64,000 nt of DNA from Pseudovirgaria hyperparasitica (Eukaryota). Below are positions 49,173 to 62,547 of this stretch, in pieces (position 1 is the stretch's first letter; each line of letters starts with the position of its first letter). The notes under the pieces are model-generated. The model searched no databases, was not told the origin of the DNA, and saw only the letters and a list, made by a program, of their open reading frames with translations. Made by a program: the position numbers and the translations under genes. The stretch lies in the NCBI GenBank assembly GCA_010093815.1, contig ML996567.1; one strand, given 5' to 3'.

Positions 49173-49948
49173 TCATATGTCAATACTGCCGATCTGCGAT
49201 CTTCGGACGCGCGGCTTCATCTTGCTCGAACCTGTAAGGGGGCCCGAGGAATGTCTAACAAAAATTAATTAATAACATAAGTCAATAAACGAAGTAAGGG
49301 CTTTAAATGAGATAAAACCCACCCTCAAAGCGATGGCCTCACATCCCTCTGACACTGCGCCGTCCCTTGAACCTTCGTACTTGATAAAATAATCATTCTG
49401 GGCATCTTCTGTGCAAACTTTGAACCCTGAAAATCCCAATCAGTATAGGACGTCGCATCACGCAGAATCTGGACTTTGCAGCAATTACCGTTGAACATCG
49501 ATGGCCCTCCATCACTGCTCAGTATTCCATATAACCCATCCCGACTGACACTAATCAAGTCCCAACCGTTATTACCAACAGTCGTGTCGTTGCTAAAAAA
49601 CCATTGCTTCGAGATGAAGTCCCCGTCTGTTTTTTCCGGCCCAAATGCAGCATGAAATCCGTCGGTGATCGCATGTAACCCCTCTGCACTAGCAAGTTGC
49701 AGAGTTCCATTGGTGAGGCGAAAGCCAGTTATAAAGCTTGATGGCCCAATGGCAGCTCCCCAAGTGCCATCTTCCTTGGGCACAATACCGATAGTCCGAT
49801 ACGCTGATGAAGTATTGACAGTACTCCAGATCTGCAAGAAGAACGGATTTTCATGTAGAGTGGTGTCATTAACACTAGATGGATAATCGAAAGCAGAGAC
49901 GCTCATAGCGTGTAGGAATATGGCCATCACGACCAGAGCCGCGGACAT
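49173..49948 (-). CDS. Small secreted protein of unknown function (two C-terminal cysteines)
   Basis: Signal peptide MSAALVVMAIFLHAMSVSA and N-glycosylation sequons. Intron 49488-49427 gives GFKVC...GCEAIALR. A probable second intron is 49322-49255; the last exon is uncertain. Confidence 0.65.
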
Positions 49949-50129
49949 AGTGTCAGGACTTTCGACTTGCGAAGTGACTTTTGATGAACGTAAAATCTTT
50001 CGCGATACAAAACTTTGCCTTTCATGCAGCATTCAGATTCCAAAACCAGCCGCCGGTTAGCCAACGGCTATAAGTTAAATTAACCGTCGAAAGACTGAAA
50101 ACTTATTAGTCTTAGGCTAGATATCGAAA

Positions 50130-51402
50130 TCATGACCCCGCCTGACAGCTCGGACGTATCCGATCGATAACCCGTTTTGATTCGGAACTGGATATCCCTT
50201 CGATATCGATCTTACCTGCAATCACTTGTTGTAGATCAGGTAATACTATTTCTCTCGAAAGTGCCTTGAGATAACTGAGCACCTTCAGCTCGAACGCGCG
50301 CACAGGATAGCTTTCGCTCGGTAAGTGCATTCCCTCACGGACAGCGGCCTCAAGCAGCAAAACCGCCTAATACCACATGAGTAGCCATATTTGACCGGCC
50401 AGTGAGACTAACGTACCTTATTCATGTATCTCTGCCGTATATCTGTCCACATCGGAGACTCTTGTAGAGCCGCTTCATCGTCACAGAAGAGCTCTTGCAC
50501 ACTGGGTCTCTCTTCGAGACTACACGTCCCAAAACCAAACGCAAAAATTTCGTTCAGAGGTTCGGAACCATGTGAGCCGAGATGAAGGTACGATTCCACA
50601 CTTGCTTGAAGCATCCATTCACCAAACAGTTCGAGTAAACGCTCGTTTATCTCCCCTGCGTATCGGTACGTGCGTGCGAGTGTCTGTTCAAGGAATATCA
50701 CCAGAATATCGCGTAGACTCGCATAAACATGTTCGACATCAGACCTTAGGTCATACCTGTGATTCGACTGAAGATCATTCACCAGAAAGCTCACGTATTG
50801 ATAGCGTATCTGCTCCTCTAAAGGGAAGTATTTGCTCATGAGTACATGTGAGTGCACGTAACCATCTTCCCGCTCCTTTAATCGATTTGAGTTACTGCGT
50901 CGGATGTCTTGTAATGCTGAGTCACTTATAAAGTTTGCGCGGTACCTACATGTAAATATTGAGGTGGTATAGAGCAGGCGAAGACGGTATTCCGCGTCAG
51001 TAGGAAGCTTTCGATTTTCTAAAGCTGGCTTCAAGAGACCGAGCCATTCTTTAATCCGATTTAGTCAGCTTGTTTGTTATACCAGGAAGTCTAGCTTATT
51101 GCCAGCAAGACTCGAGGAGTGATCGTACCATGGACTGCTTCGAGTTCTCCCGAGGCGATATTCCAATGCGGCTTTGCGCCGTTCAGCTCATTCTCACGAG
51201 CCTTGATGAGTGATTTGATGCACTTGTAGACCATGTAGTCGAGAATTGTGACGTCCACGTCGAATTGGGTCTTGCTGTCGACCGACCTGAAACAGGTGTG
51301 GTTCTCGAAAAGTTTGATTTCTTCCTCTTCTGTGCCACTCCACTGTTTCAAGGTACTCAGGGTCCCAGTCAGGTCCTGTCTCTTGCGCTTGCCCGTAGCC
51401 AT
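50130..51402 (-). CDS. Hypothetical fungal protein with basic NLS-like start and LisH-like helix
   Basis: Three ORFs linked by GT-AG introns (donors ~51128 and ~50416). GKRKRQ N-terminus, DVDVTILDYMVY, WMLQASVE.YL, YP...FE..V..YL..L...P.L.Q. Confidence 0.65.
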
Positions 51403-51823
51403 AGCCTATATTTTACAGCGCATGATGATGGTGATGGTTGCACGACGTCGTAGCAATCGGTAAACGAATCGACCAACGGGCGGGTCCAGGAACAAGTACT
51501 TCGAGCGTTATTGAACAAATGGAGTTGGGTTGACGCGACGACGATGTGGATACGTGCAAATGTGTGCAGACGTGTCGCGGCTGTCACGGTGCGGTACCCA
51601 CTTGTCCCGGCTGCACCCTGGCGATCTCCAGCCGCCACACCACAGATGACGTTGCCCGGTGCGGGAAGACCAAACGGGAGCTGAAGCTGTTTTGATTCAT
51701 CAACCTCACGCCAGTTAGGATACCAACAAGGTCTCATAGAGTCTACAGCTGCGTCAAGCAAAGATTTATACTCTTCCTTTCGTTACACACGGAACAACGG
51801 TATTGGCTCAGGTCCACTCCATT

Positions 51824-54800
51824 ATGACGCACCTCTTGAGAGGTAAACAGGCTGGCATCCACAATGATTTGTCCGCAGGAATACTGCCAGAGTTCTTCAG
51901 AATTGACGATGTAAGCAATCCATTTCAACCCAACATACTTCTTTATGGACTTCACTCATATCTAAGGTGTAGATCACTCGTCTGGGTATCAACTCTCAAG
52001 TTTCGCAAATCGCGTATGACCCGGTGCAGTCCCTAGTTGCAGTTGGAACGAACGACACGAAGTTCGGCAATGGGCAAATATATGTTTTTGGTCAAAAGAG
52101 GGTTGCTGTCATGCTGGATATGAAGATGAAAGCATCTGTGAGAATACTACAGTTCTGCGCGGACAAGCTGATATGCTTGAATTCGAATAACCACTTGACC
52201 ATCTTCTCTTTGGATACGAAAAAGATACTGGTTTCATACACGCCTCCAGCTACGGTGACTACAATGCACAGCGATCCTACTCTTGACTATGTGCTGCTTG
52301 GCACTACATCAGGCTCGTACCTTTATTAGACATGACTCTGGACGAATACTGACCATAAATTAGGTGAGATATTCGCCTATGATTTGGACAGAGAGGCTAT
52401 GGCACCATTCAAACTGCCCAACTACTGGCGGCAACAGAACCCGCAAGTTCGTTCCGCCCCTATTATCTCATTGCAACTTCATCCTCGAGATGTTGGTTCG
52501 CTCCTGATAGGTTATACTGAAGGAGCAGTCTTGTATAGCTTCAAGCTGAACCAAGCCTCCAAGTTCTTCCATTACGAGATCCCTCGAGGAGCCCCAGGTG
52601 GCGACTCAGATCCAGGGACAATGAATAGACTCAGATGGCCGAAGCTGACTCAAGCCTTGTGGCATCCAACTGGAACATTCATCCTTACTGGTCACGAAGA
52701 TGGTAGTCTTGTCTTTTGGGACCCTAAAGACGGGCGCATTGTGATGGCAAGGACGCTTACGGATACAAATGTCAACCAGCCAGGTGCAGGAATTGTCAGC
52801 ATGGGTAATACCCCGGGCACGTTTGCTGCGAAAGAGCCTATCTTCAAGATCGCATGGTGCGCCAACACAGACCCCGACGATACATGCATTTTGATCAGCG
52901 GCGGCGCCTCAACCACTCTAGCGACCAAAGGTCTTACTTTGTTTGAACTTGGTCGAACTCCGAACTATGCTACCTCTTCCTGGCAAATTCTATCAGGCCA
53001 TCTCGCAGACCCCAAGCGACAACGAATCCTTCCGTCTCCTCCTAATGCTGAAGTTGTGGATTTTTGTCTGATTCCACGTACGTCGCCACATTTCGCCGGT
53101 GCACACGATCCGATAGCTGTGCTCGCAATCTTGTCTTCTGGAGAAATCATTACGCTTAGCTTCCCCAGCGGTATTCCAATCAACCCCACAAATCATTTAC
53201 ATCCTTCTATGACCTTCGTTCACCCATATATCTCGAATTTCAGTCTATCGCCAATGGATCGGACTCGCTGGCTGGGATTGACCGAAAGAAGACAGCATGG
53301 GCCGCCAATTCTTCGTGGTGGTTTTGAGGAACGGCATGTGCCGAAACGATTCGAGAATCGTAACGTCATACAGACAGCGCATGTAGACGGGACGATCCGA
53401 ATGTGGGATGTTGGTCATGGAGACGAGATCGAGAACGATACACTGCTACAAGCTGACGTAGGTCGGGCACTGGGCCGTCTTGATGGCGTTAAGGTATCGA
53501 AGATTTCCTTGTCCGGTGCAAGTGCTGAACTTGCCACTGGTCTAGAAAGTGGTGAGGTAGTAGTGTTCCGATGGGCAACTAACAGATCACCCGGTGTAGA
53601 ACCTCGCACCAATAGAAAGAATGCAATACGGGAGCTCACTGATATTACAGACCGGAAAGACCCAGCTCTATCCGAGGGGTTTCATCCTTACACGCTCCTA
53701 GACGAACAGAATGGCCCGGTCAGTGCGTTAAACATGTCAGACGTAGGATTCTTGGCGGCTGGATTTCAAGGCGGCAGTCTGTCTGTCATAGACATGCGAG
53801 GACCTGCAATAATATACAATACTAGCGTCACAGAGTTTATAAAGGATAACAAAGGTGGTAGTTTCAAGCGAAGAAGCCAGGACAAAAATCCATCATCAGC
53901 ATATCCAACAGCGATAGAGTTCAGCGTCATGACAGCTGAAGGCGACGGTGAGTTAGTCGATAAGCTTCTATGGCTTCACATTGATTATTTCAGATTATTC
54001 AAGCATATTGATGCATGTTGGCACGAGCAATGGTCACGTTGCAACATTCAAAATACTACCAGGAAGTGGAGGTATCTACACGGTGAAATACGCTGGCTCG
54101 GTCAGTGTTGATGACCGCATCATTACTATACACCCTATCAATTCAGGCACAGGTAATGCTGCCTTTGCAACTCAAAATGCGGTCGCCGGGCTCCGGACGG
54201 GGTTCAAGACAAGCGGCGTGATAGTAGCGGTGTCGCAGACCGGTGCAAGAGTATTCAAGCCCGCGACAAATAAAGGAGCACACAAGACATGGGATGAATT
54301 CTTTTGTGACTCTGCTACCGTGGTCCGCTACCAAGATGCCGGCTACGCTCTCATGGGTCTTTACGGTGATGGATATGCAAGAGTATATTCACTCCCTGCC
54401 TTGAAAGAAATTGCGGCTGTGAGAATCGACCATATTTTTGACATCCGTCGCTTCCAAGACGCTATCATCACTGCGACTGCAGATATCCTAGGTTGGACTG
54501 GACCATCTGAGATGGCACTGGTCAATCTCTGGGGCGCTGGACTGGACCTTAACAAGGCTCGCGATGGGTTGTTCAATCCCGAGTTGATGTTTCCGCCTCG
54601 ACCAACCATCTCGAACTTTCAATGGATGTCCGGGACCCAATATGTGACACCACTGGACCTGGACTTACTGATCGGGGGGCCCGATCGACCACCATCCAAG
54701 AAAATGATCATGCAGGCTCGTGCTGAAGACCGTGAACGCATGCAAGCCGAGAGAGCGCTGAAACGGCCAGCCGCAGCCACAGCCTCTAGTGATGAGGGGT

Positions 54801-55030
54801 ATTGGGCATACATGCAACGTCAGCTCAACGAGAGAGCCGAAAGATTGAACATTGTAGGCGACTCGATGGACCAGCTTGGAAACGCCAGTCAAGGATGGGC
54901 AGATGATGTAGGCAAGTTTGTGCAGAAACAGAAGCGAAACATGATCATGGGAGGTATGTAACATCATTTGCAGGGCTGCTTAGCATGAAACTAATCGCCT
55001 ATAGCTGTTAAGGGTAAATTTGGTCTATAG
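51824..55030 (+). CDS. SRO7: Lethal giant larvae/tomosyn homolog Sro7/Sro77 (WD40 exocytosis regulator)
   Basis: LRGKQAGI.NDLS, AYDPVQSLVAVGT, LHPRDVG.LLIGY, WHPTGTFILTGHEDGSLVFWD, SDVGF.A.GF..G.L..IDMRGPAII, SNARE-like C-terminal coil. Introns 51911-51972, 52313-52363 (GC donor), 53948-53993 and 54954-55004. Confidence 0.93.
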
Positions 55031-55773
55031 TGATCAAGTTGCTGTATTGTTCGAGTAAGGATGTGTCCCGGGTGATGGCACAGCTGATGTATACGGGCGA
55101 TGAAAAGGTAAGACCTGGCCTGACTAGCCCATGGCGCGAGCATTTTTGAGAGCATAAAAGGTGCGAACAGCTTTCACGAGTCGGAAATCAGGTTAAATGT
55201 TTGTAGGTTTCCCCAAGAGTGCTATGAAAGCCATGGCTCCTATTGAATAGTATATGAGCGAAAAAGAGCCATATTGCCCTTCGCCACACCATATCCCTCA
55301 GGTTCTCAGGAGGCAGGGACAATCTGGTAGTGCGTCAGTCCCAAGGGGCCGGCGGCGAGGACGTTGATTTGATCGCTGCATCTCTTCACCAACAACGGAA
55401 GGGATTTCTACAGATGATTTCTAGAGATTATATCTGAAGACGTTATAGGTCTAATATGAGATGGAGAGTGCATGCTTCTGATCAAGTGTTCATCTCATTG
55501 GGATGTGTGAGGCCCAGGTCTGATGTTAGAGTGGGTTGATACATTTATGCGATAGTACTTGCAAACACTATCCTGCGCAAACAAGCTCAATCACAGTGGC
55601 CGATATCGGCGATTGTTCGGATCTCGAAGCAACCCCACTAATTTGATGGCTCCCTCGGGCTTGAATACGCGGTTATATAGAAGACGACACCATCATGGCC
55701 TCAAGAAACCTTCACTCCTCCGCTTCGCGATGAGGCATCACTGCCAGGCATCTCACAATCTCAATCATCCAAC

Positions 55774-56718
55774 ATGATGCAGCTGAGGGGTCCAGTCCTT
55801 ACCTTCCCTTTCAACTGCCTGCAATGCAGCACCACCTCGCCCAAGATCAGCGTCATAGACGCTACGCGGGAAAGCATACGTCCTCGCCGCCGTACCTACG
55901 CTCAAGTTCACTCCAAGCCGCACGAAGACCTATACTCATGGCCTGTTCCTGAGCCTCCCCATCGTACACCCACCCCCTACCAGATCCTCCACCATAAACC
56001 ATCCGATCGGTACTCCAAAACACCCTTCTACCAGCTCGTAAAGCTCTACCACCCCGACCTTGCTAAAGCAGACTCACGCATCCGTGCCCTCCCTCCACAT
56101 ATCCTCGCCGAACGCTACCGCCTCATCATAGCCGCCCACACCATTCTCTCTGACCCTGTGCGTCGCTCTGCGTATGACCGCTTCGGGGCCGGCTGGTCTG
56201 CCTCCAGCACGCTCGGCTCCTCGTCATCCACGACCGGCAAGTCAAGCTGGTACTACCCATACGACTCTCACATGGATTCATCCTACAAGGCACAGCGAGA
56301 GAGATGGCGGCCCGGCGAGTCTCCCATGGGTAACGCGACGTGGGAGGATTGGGAGGCGTGGCGCAAGCGGGTCAATCCAGACGGACATACACAGAAGCCG
56401 ATTTATGTGAGCAACGGCACGATGGTGATGTTCGTTTTGTGCTTGACGGCAGTCGGGGCAAGTTTGCAGAACCAGCGCATCGAGGTTGCGGCGGAAAAGT
56501 GGGAGGACCTTCAGGAACGGGTCAATCGGGAGAGCGCGAAGGATTTGCGGCATGTAAGAGAGGCGGGAAGGGCGGCTGGGGATACGGAGGAGAGTATCCA
56601 ATATTTCTTGGATTCGAGGGCAGGAAAGGGCGAAAAATGGCAGAAAGAAGCGCTAAGGAAAATGCTGCCGCGCAAGGAGGTCTGTGAAAGTGGAGGGGTC
56701 GCTGGAGACGTCAAGTGA
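55774..56718 (+). CDS. J-domain (Hsp40) protein, Jid1-like, probably mitochondrial membrane-anchored
   Basis: PTPYQIL...LVKLYHPD...ERYRLII.AH.ILSDP..R.AYD J domain, NATWEDWE motif, one hydrophobic segment, Arg-rich presequence-like N-terminus. Confidence 0.85.
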   Translation: MMQLRGPVLTFPFNCLQCSTTSPKISVIDATRESIRPRRRTYAQVHSKPHEDLYSWPVPEPPHRTPTPYQILHHKPSDRYSKTPFYQLVKLYHPDLAKADSRIRALPPHILAERYRLIIAAHTILSDPVRRSAYDRFGAGWSASSTLGSSSSTTGKSSWYYPYDSHMDSSYKAQRERWRPGESPMGNATWEDWEAWRKRVNPDGHTQKPIYVSNGTMVMFVLCLTAVGASLQNQRIEVAAEKWEDLQERVNRESAKDLRHVREAGRAAGDTEESIQYFLDSRAGKGEKWQKEALRKMLPRKEVCESGGVAGDVK

Positions 56719-57548
56719 CTCTCTGCTTGGAGAAAAATACATTGTGGTTTGTCACGGTGTTCCACGCAGCAGTATGACACGGCGTTCGACAGGGCGACAC
56801 AAGGGTTAGACGATGAAACGATATATATAGCAGCCATGGCTCCGCATTGCGTCTTATACACGATACTAGGACATGATTCTAGTTTAGCGTTGCACCTCGA
56901 CGGCTGAGTCGTCTCTGATCTCGTCTGGACGAGACTTGGAGAAGACAATACAGACGTCTTATCATTCTACGCGTCTGTCTTGTGTCTCAGGACCAGTAAC
57001 GCGTGAGCAAAATGCCAAGAGCAACACCACCTTTATGCGACCTAACGCAGGCGTGTCTCTTTCCGACCCTTGGATCTATCCTTCTCATTCAAAGTGGCTG
57101 TAGATATCGTTCGTCGTCCACGAAAACGTTACATGATATTCCAATGTCTTCTAGATCTACTATGACGGACCATCACTTCAGCGGCCAAGACACAGTAGCT
57201 CACGCCTCTCACGCGAACATGAATCATTTACATCAGAGCACTCGACATATGTTCTAGAGAGATGAAGGCTGAATGCATGGTAGACACACAGGCAAGACGA
57301 TGCCAACATCGATCACAACCACCCGGACCATAACTACTACGATCACGAACAAGATAACTTTAGGCACCACAATGAGCACAACTACATTGATCATGAGCGT
57401 TGAAATGGCAGGCACGTTTTACGAGTCATCATAATGTATGACTTTAACGCCAGCTAAAGGGCCACTGATCCTGTGGGCCTGGTCTGTGATTTGAACGCCA
57501 ACGCCGACCTGCTAAACCTGGTACATAGTCCGTAATAGATGGGAGACA

Positions 57549-60364
57549 TCACGTTCCATCAACCAATGCCGTCGTAAGCCCTCTCACTCTCCTACTGTTT
57601 TCATCTGCCTCTCTCTCCTTCTCCAATCTTCCCGTAACAGCGCGCTCTAGTACCGCCTGATCCCTCTGCCTCTCCGCCATCCTCTGCAACCCGACGTCCA
57701 ATGCAGCCTGAAACCTTTCTGCACCATACAGTTCCTCGTACTGTTTCCTGGTCTGTACTGCAAGCTCGGTCTCGATTGCACTCAATACAGTCTTGGCCTT
57801 CGCAGTCACGTCGCGCAGCGCCTTGCTCTCCGCCTCTAGCTTCGCCTTCTTGCGTTCGTGCTCGGTTTCCTTCGCTGCTTCTGCGTCTCGCTTGCGCTTC
57901 TCACTAAGCACTTGCTCACGCTTCGCCTTTGCGGCAAGATACCTCGCTGAATGCCCGAGGGCTGCACCGTGCTTTTCTGGTTGCATAACGTCGAGTGGCG
58001 GCACGGTGAAGAACAGGACACGGCCCTGTGCGTCGCGCTGGAACTGCTCGCGGATCTCTGGTGGGATGGTTAGGTTTGCGTGGGTGTCGAGAGTCCAGAC
58101 CTCTGGGGCTTTGGGCGCTTGGTAACTGTGCATGCTCTGAGGCGGACCGGTCGAACGTTGTTGGTAGACGCTGGGTGTATGAGATGTGGCATGTGAATGG
58201 TGTGGCATAGGAGCTGGCTGGTGCGCATAATTTATGTGGGGGGTCAATTGTGGGAAGACGGGAGGTGGTTGACTGGGAGAGGGATGTTGCGGCATGTGCT
58301 GTGCTGGAGATGCAGCGTTCTGGCTGTAGGTATGCTGATGATGCGACGGTGTGTACGCAGGCTGTGGGTGGTGGTTTGGGGTAGGCGTAGGCGCCGGTAT
58401 TGGGGTTTGAGATATATTCATGTTGTAATCTCGCCGCGACTGATTCGAGTAGCCGTCTTGTTGTGGCGCTGGCACGTTTGAGATCTGTCGTGGAGGGGGC
58501 GGTGGAGGTTGAGGTGGTGGAGTTGGAGTGGGCTCCGGAGGTGGTGAGTCCTGCGTATCATGTCAGCGGTGTTGTTCCCAGGTGAACAATGCACAACAAA
58601 AACAAATCCTTACCTTTGGATCTCGCGGGCGGTTGTGAACCGCACCAATCTTTGGAGGCGCGTTTTCAGCGCCCCATTGAGGTTTAGGAAGATCGTCTGT
58701 CTCTTTCGCGTCGTCCGCGAGTAGATATGCAATTGGACTTGGGTTCTTTTTCATCTTTTTGGGTACATCGAACAAATCCATCTCATAGTCCTTTTCCCTG
58801 ACCTCGTCCGGCAGGCAGCTGGCCCAAGTCTTGATCTTATTGAGCTTATGCTTTTCTTCGTTGTACCGAGCCTCACAAACATATATCTCTTTGTCTGCAG
58901 GAAAGTTACGTGGACGGCCTTTATTATACCGTGTGACGAACATGACGAAGCATCTGTCAACCACCTCTTCTATAGGGTGGTCGCGATACTGGCCGGTCTT
59001 GACCACCTCATTCTCCAGAAAGTGACGGTCAAAGCGATGGATAGTCTGCTCGGGGCGGTAGTACCAACATGCATTGACCCATTTAGCGCCTTCTTGATCT
59101 TGCCACGTCCTGTATACTTGTGCGACAATCGGCTTGGTCACGTCGTTTGCGTTTTGGATATGGACCCAGTCGCCAACCTTCCAGAGCTCTCCGTTGTGCA
59201 AAATGCCGTTTGGCATAGGTAGTCGACCATCTTCCATAACGAACTCCGTGTCAGCCTTCTGCTTCTCGGCCGCTGCCGAGTCTCGAGCCTCCTTCTGGAG
59301 ATGAATGGCATCCTGATATATCTGACTATCATCCTTGTTGTAGCTTTTGGCATTTTCGAACATAATCTCAACATCCTTCATGAACTGGTCGACAGAGGTA
59401 TACTTCTTACGCTTCAATTTTTTCTTTAGTACGTCCATGGCCATAGGGACTTTTATTTCGACATAGTACTCGGGCATCGTGGTCTTATCGGGCAGTCGTT
59501 CAAAGGCGCTGATCATGAGCTGCGATTGCGAGTTCTTCGGTTTGCGCATTGCTTTCATGATATTCTTGATCCTGGCTTCCATGGGAGTATCCACCCGTGG
59601 TGGCCGGCCACGCTTCTTTCGAGATTCTGCCTCTGCGGCAGCCTTTTCTGCGGCGTCAGCTTTGACATCTGCCTCGCGCTTGGCTATGGCCGTCGATGTC
59701 CTGGCGCCTTTCCGCTTTTTGCGTCTCCCACCCTCTTCGTCAGATTCGTCGGCATCTTCGTCTTCTTCTTTCTCGTCCTCGTCCTCATCATCTTCCTCCT
59801 CATCTTCCTCTTCGCCATCAGCCACCTCGTCGTGAGTGGGAATCTCGCCGAGATACGGAAGTGTTGCAACCTCCTCGGTGATGATCTTCTGTTCGACTAA
59901 CTTCTGCAGTTGAGCCTCGAGAACATTTTTTATTATGAGCGCATCCTGGTAGGGGCCAGAGTTCGGAATGTTGTAGACCTGCGCATTGAAGGGGATCAAA
60001 GCAAAATCCCTGACAAACTCGGCGAAGTTCTTGTATTCCTTGTTGTTGATCTTGCCTTTAATCACACTAAGCGCCATTGGCTCTTGGATGACGAGGTAGT
60101 AGTCCGGAACATTGCGCTTGTTGACCTTGCGCTGGAACCACTTCGAGGGATCTTCACCACTGCAAAGAGATCAGGACGTCAAGACCACAGAATAGATTTG
60201 GGAGCTTACTCTTGTCTATAGTCGTAGATGTACTGCAAAACCGATTGCATGGCTTGCCATTCTTCGTCTGAGACCGTCGAGGGGGCTGCATCGGACTGAG
60301 ATGTCGGCTCCACGGTCTCGGTCGTAGGCAAAGGAGTGTCGCTGGGTGCGCGTTCGGCTGCCAT
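57549..60364 (-). CDS. RSC1: RSC complex subunit Rsc1/Rsc2-like (two bromodomains and a BAH domain)
   Basis: Bromodomains (VPDYYLVIQEPMAL...NAQVYN; MPEYY.EIK.PMA...NAKSYN), KRGRPP AT-hook, BAH domain (VGDWVHIQN...CWYYRPEQT...YVCEARYNE), FQRD..GRVLFF..PP. Introns 60209-60160 and 58613-58551. Confidence 0.9.
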
Positions 60365-60998
60365 AGTGTCTAGTGATGTTGCGACACGCAGTCGAATATG
60401 CGCAAGCACTGCGATGGGAGAAGCTGCTACGAATGAGAAGTTCGAAGATGGTTACTAAAACGCGACGCGCCGCAAGCCGGACGGCTTTGGAGTGGAATAT
60501 GCCAAGGCCAAACTTGATTGGTTGCATTATTATCACTCAAGATGCCACGAAAGTAACGCAAATGAATTTGGGTTTCCCTGTTTTACCATACTCTGTGTAA
60601 CTTAGGTCCCCCTAGAGATCCTCTGGAAATGATGAGGTTCTGCGAATATTTTATTCACGATACACCTGCATTTCTCTTTGGGCCTGCGGGTAACGGAATG
60701 CACGCTAAGCATCCTAGAATAATGATGAATTGGTCTATGGACTATGCAATAGTCCTTCAGACAACACCATCGACTACCATCAACGATTTTTGCTCGCTTC
60801 ACAAGAAGTTGCCTGGGGATTGATCCATGGAATCTGCGACTGACTACTTTTAAGAGTTAGGAGCCGTTAGAGACAGAATAAACGCACGTTAGCAACAGCG
60901 CCACCCTCTAAGCTATTATCTGTCTATATCGGTATCACAAGACTGGAACTTCGATACAGCATAATTTTCCACACTGACAGCACACCTTCATTCATAAA

Positions 60999-62033
60999 AT
61001 GAGAATCAGATTGCGAGCGCCATCCGGTGTCTCTATCATAACTGTGGCCGACGATGCCACTGTCGCAGATCTGACATCCGCAATATCAAAAGAGACATCT
61101 CTGCCCTCATTCGATCTCAAGTCAGGGTTTCCACCCCAGCCCTTGGATCTCACGTCTTTCGATTCCTCGCTGTCACTCAAAGATACCGGTCTTAAGCTAA
61201 ATGGCGAACAACTTATCGTCTTATCTCGAGACGTTCAAGCTCAAATGTCTCATCCTCTTCATGCTGCCCCTCCGACTCTCTCATCACAGCAACCCGCTCG
61301 TCAAAGCAAAACTTCGTCCCAGGGCTCTGCTCAACAACCACTCTCTCTATCTAGATCGCCCCGTGACCTCGAATCAGATCCGCCAGAGGTTCCTATTCCG
61401 TCACACCAAGCGACCATGGTGCTCCGAGTCATGCCAGACGACAACAGCTGCATGTTCCGTGCTGTTGGCTCCGCCGTACTCTCTGATAGTTTAGACGTCA
61501 TGACAGAACTCCGCTCCGCAGTTGCGCAAGGCATCCAAGCCAATCCCGATCTCTACAGCGCCGCCGTATTACAAAAATCACCTGATGAGTACTGCAAGTG
61601 GATTCAGCGGGAGGATAGCTGGGGAGGTGCGATCGAACTTGGCATTCTAGCGCAGAATTTCGATATCGAGATATGCAGTATCAGCGTGCAAGACTTGCGC
61701 GTGGATCGATTCAATGAGGGCAAGGATAACCGTATCATCCTCGTCTACTCCGGAATTCATTATGATACCATCGCTATGAGTCCGAGTGATCCGCCGCACA
61801 CGAGGGCCGACATGCCTGCTGATGTTGATATTAAGCTTTTCGGTACTTGGGATGAGGAGGTACTGGAAAAAGCGAGAGACCTTTGTAAGATTCTCCAAGG
61901 CAAGCATTATTTCACTGATACTGGCGGCTTCGACATTAAATGTAATAAGTGTGGATGGAAAGGGAAGGGTGAGAAAGGAGCTGTAGCGCATGCAAATGAG
62001 ACAGGCCATTACGACTTTGGCGAAGCATCGTAA
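60999..62033 (+). CDS. OTU1: Deubiquitinase Otu1 (ubiquitin-like, OTU and C2H2 zinc finger domains)
   Basis: MRIRLRAPSG...GFPP ubiquitin-like domain, VMPDDNSCMFRA, SWGGAIEL, YSGIHYD, C..C...HANETGH. Intronless. Confidence 0.95.
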   Translation: MRIRLRAPSGVSIITVADDATVADLTSAISKETSLPSFDLKSGFPPQPLDLTSFDSSLSLKDTGLKLNGEQLIVLSRDVQAQMSHPLHAAPPTLSSQQPARQSKTSSQGSAQQPLSLSRSPRDLESDPPEVPIPSHQATMVLRVMPDDNSCMFRAVGSAVLSDSLDVMTELRSAVAQGIQANPDLYSAAVLQKSPDEYCKWIQREDSWGGAIELGILAQNFDIEICSISVQDLRVDRFNEGKDNRIILVYSGIHYDTIAMSPSDPPHTRADMPADVDIKLFGTWDEEVLEKARDLCKILQGKHYFTDTGGFDIKCNKCGWKGKGEKGAVAHANETGHYDFGEAS

Positions 62034-62547
62034 AGCGGAGAGGTAGCCACAGCTTTATCATATTCATGTACTACGAAAGAGACGATTGATGTGTATAGGA
62101 AGCCTGAGCCACATCCAATATATCAGATGTACCCAAAGATTACATGACAGATATCAGTATCATCAAACAAATGATGTGCGCTAGTTCTTATGTCACGATC
62201 AAACAGGCCCCCAAAGATCATCATCTCTAGCCATATATAGTCCCTGACTTGTTCAGTAGTGATTACCTCACTTGCTGAACAATCATCAACCCTGCCACCA
62301 AGCCTGCAGCCGTGGACACTAAAAACAGGGCTCACACTATGATTCAACGTCCATCCATCCTTCATTCCATGTATTAGGCAGGACGCCTGAGATACTTCAA
62401 ATATGCGGTGTATCCCATCTCTTGCCTACCTTCCTATGTCTACCTACTACCTACCCCGCCATCTAGCTGTCTGGGTTTTCACTTCATTCTGTCATTCTTA
62501 ACCTAAAGTTTCTACTCAACTTCATCCAGCTCAAAGTCAACATCGCC

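Noticed and set aside
60629..60845. Possible C/D box snoRNA (ATGATGA at ~60629 and 60722, CTGA at 60840)
   Set aside because: No terminal stem or recognisable rRNA-complementary guide, and such short boxes occur by chance.
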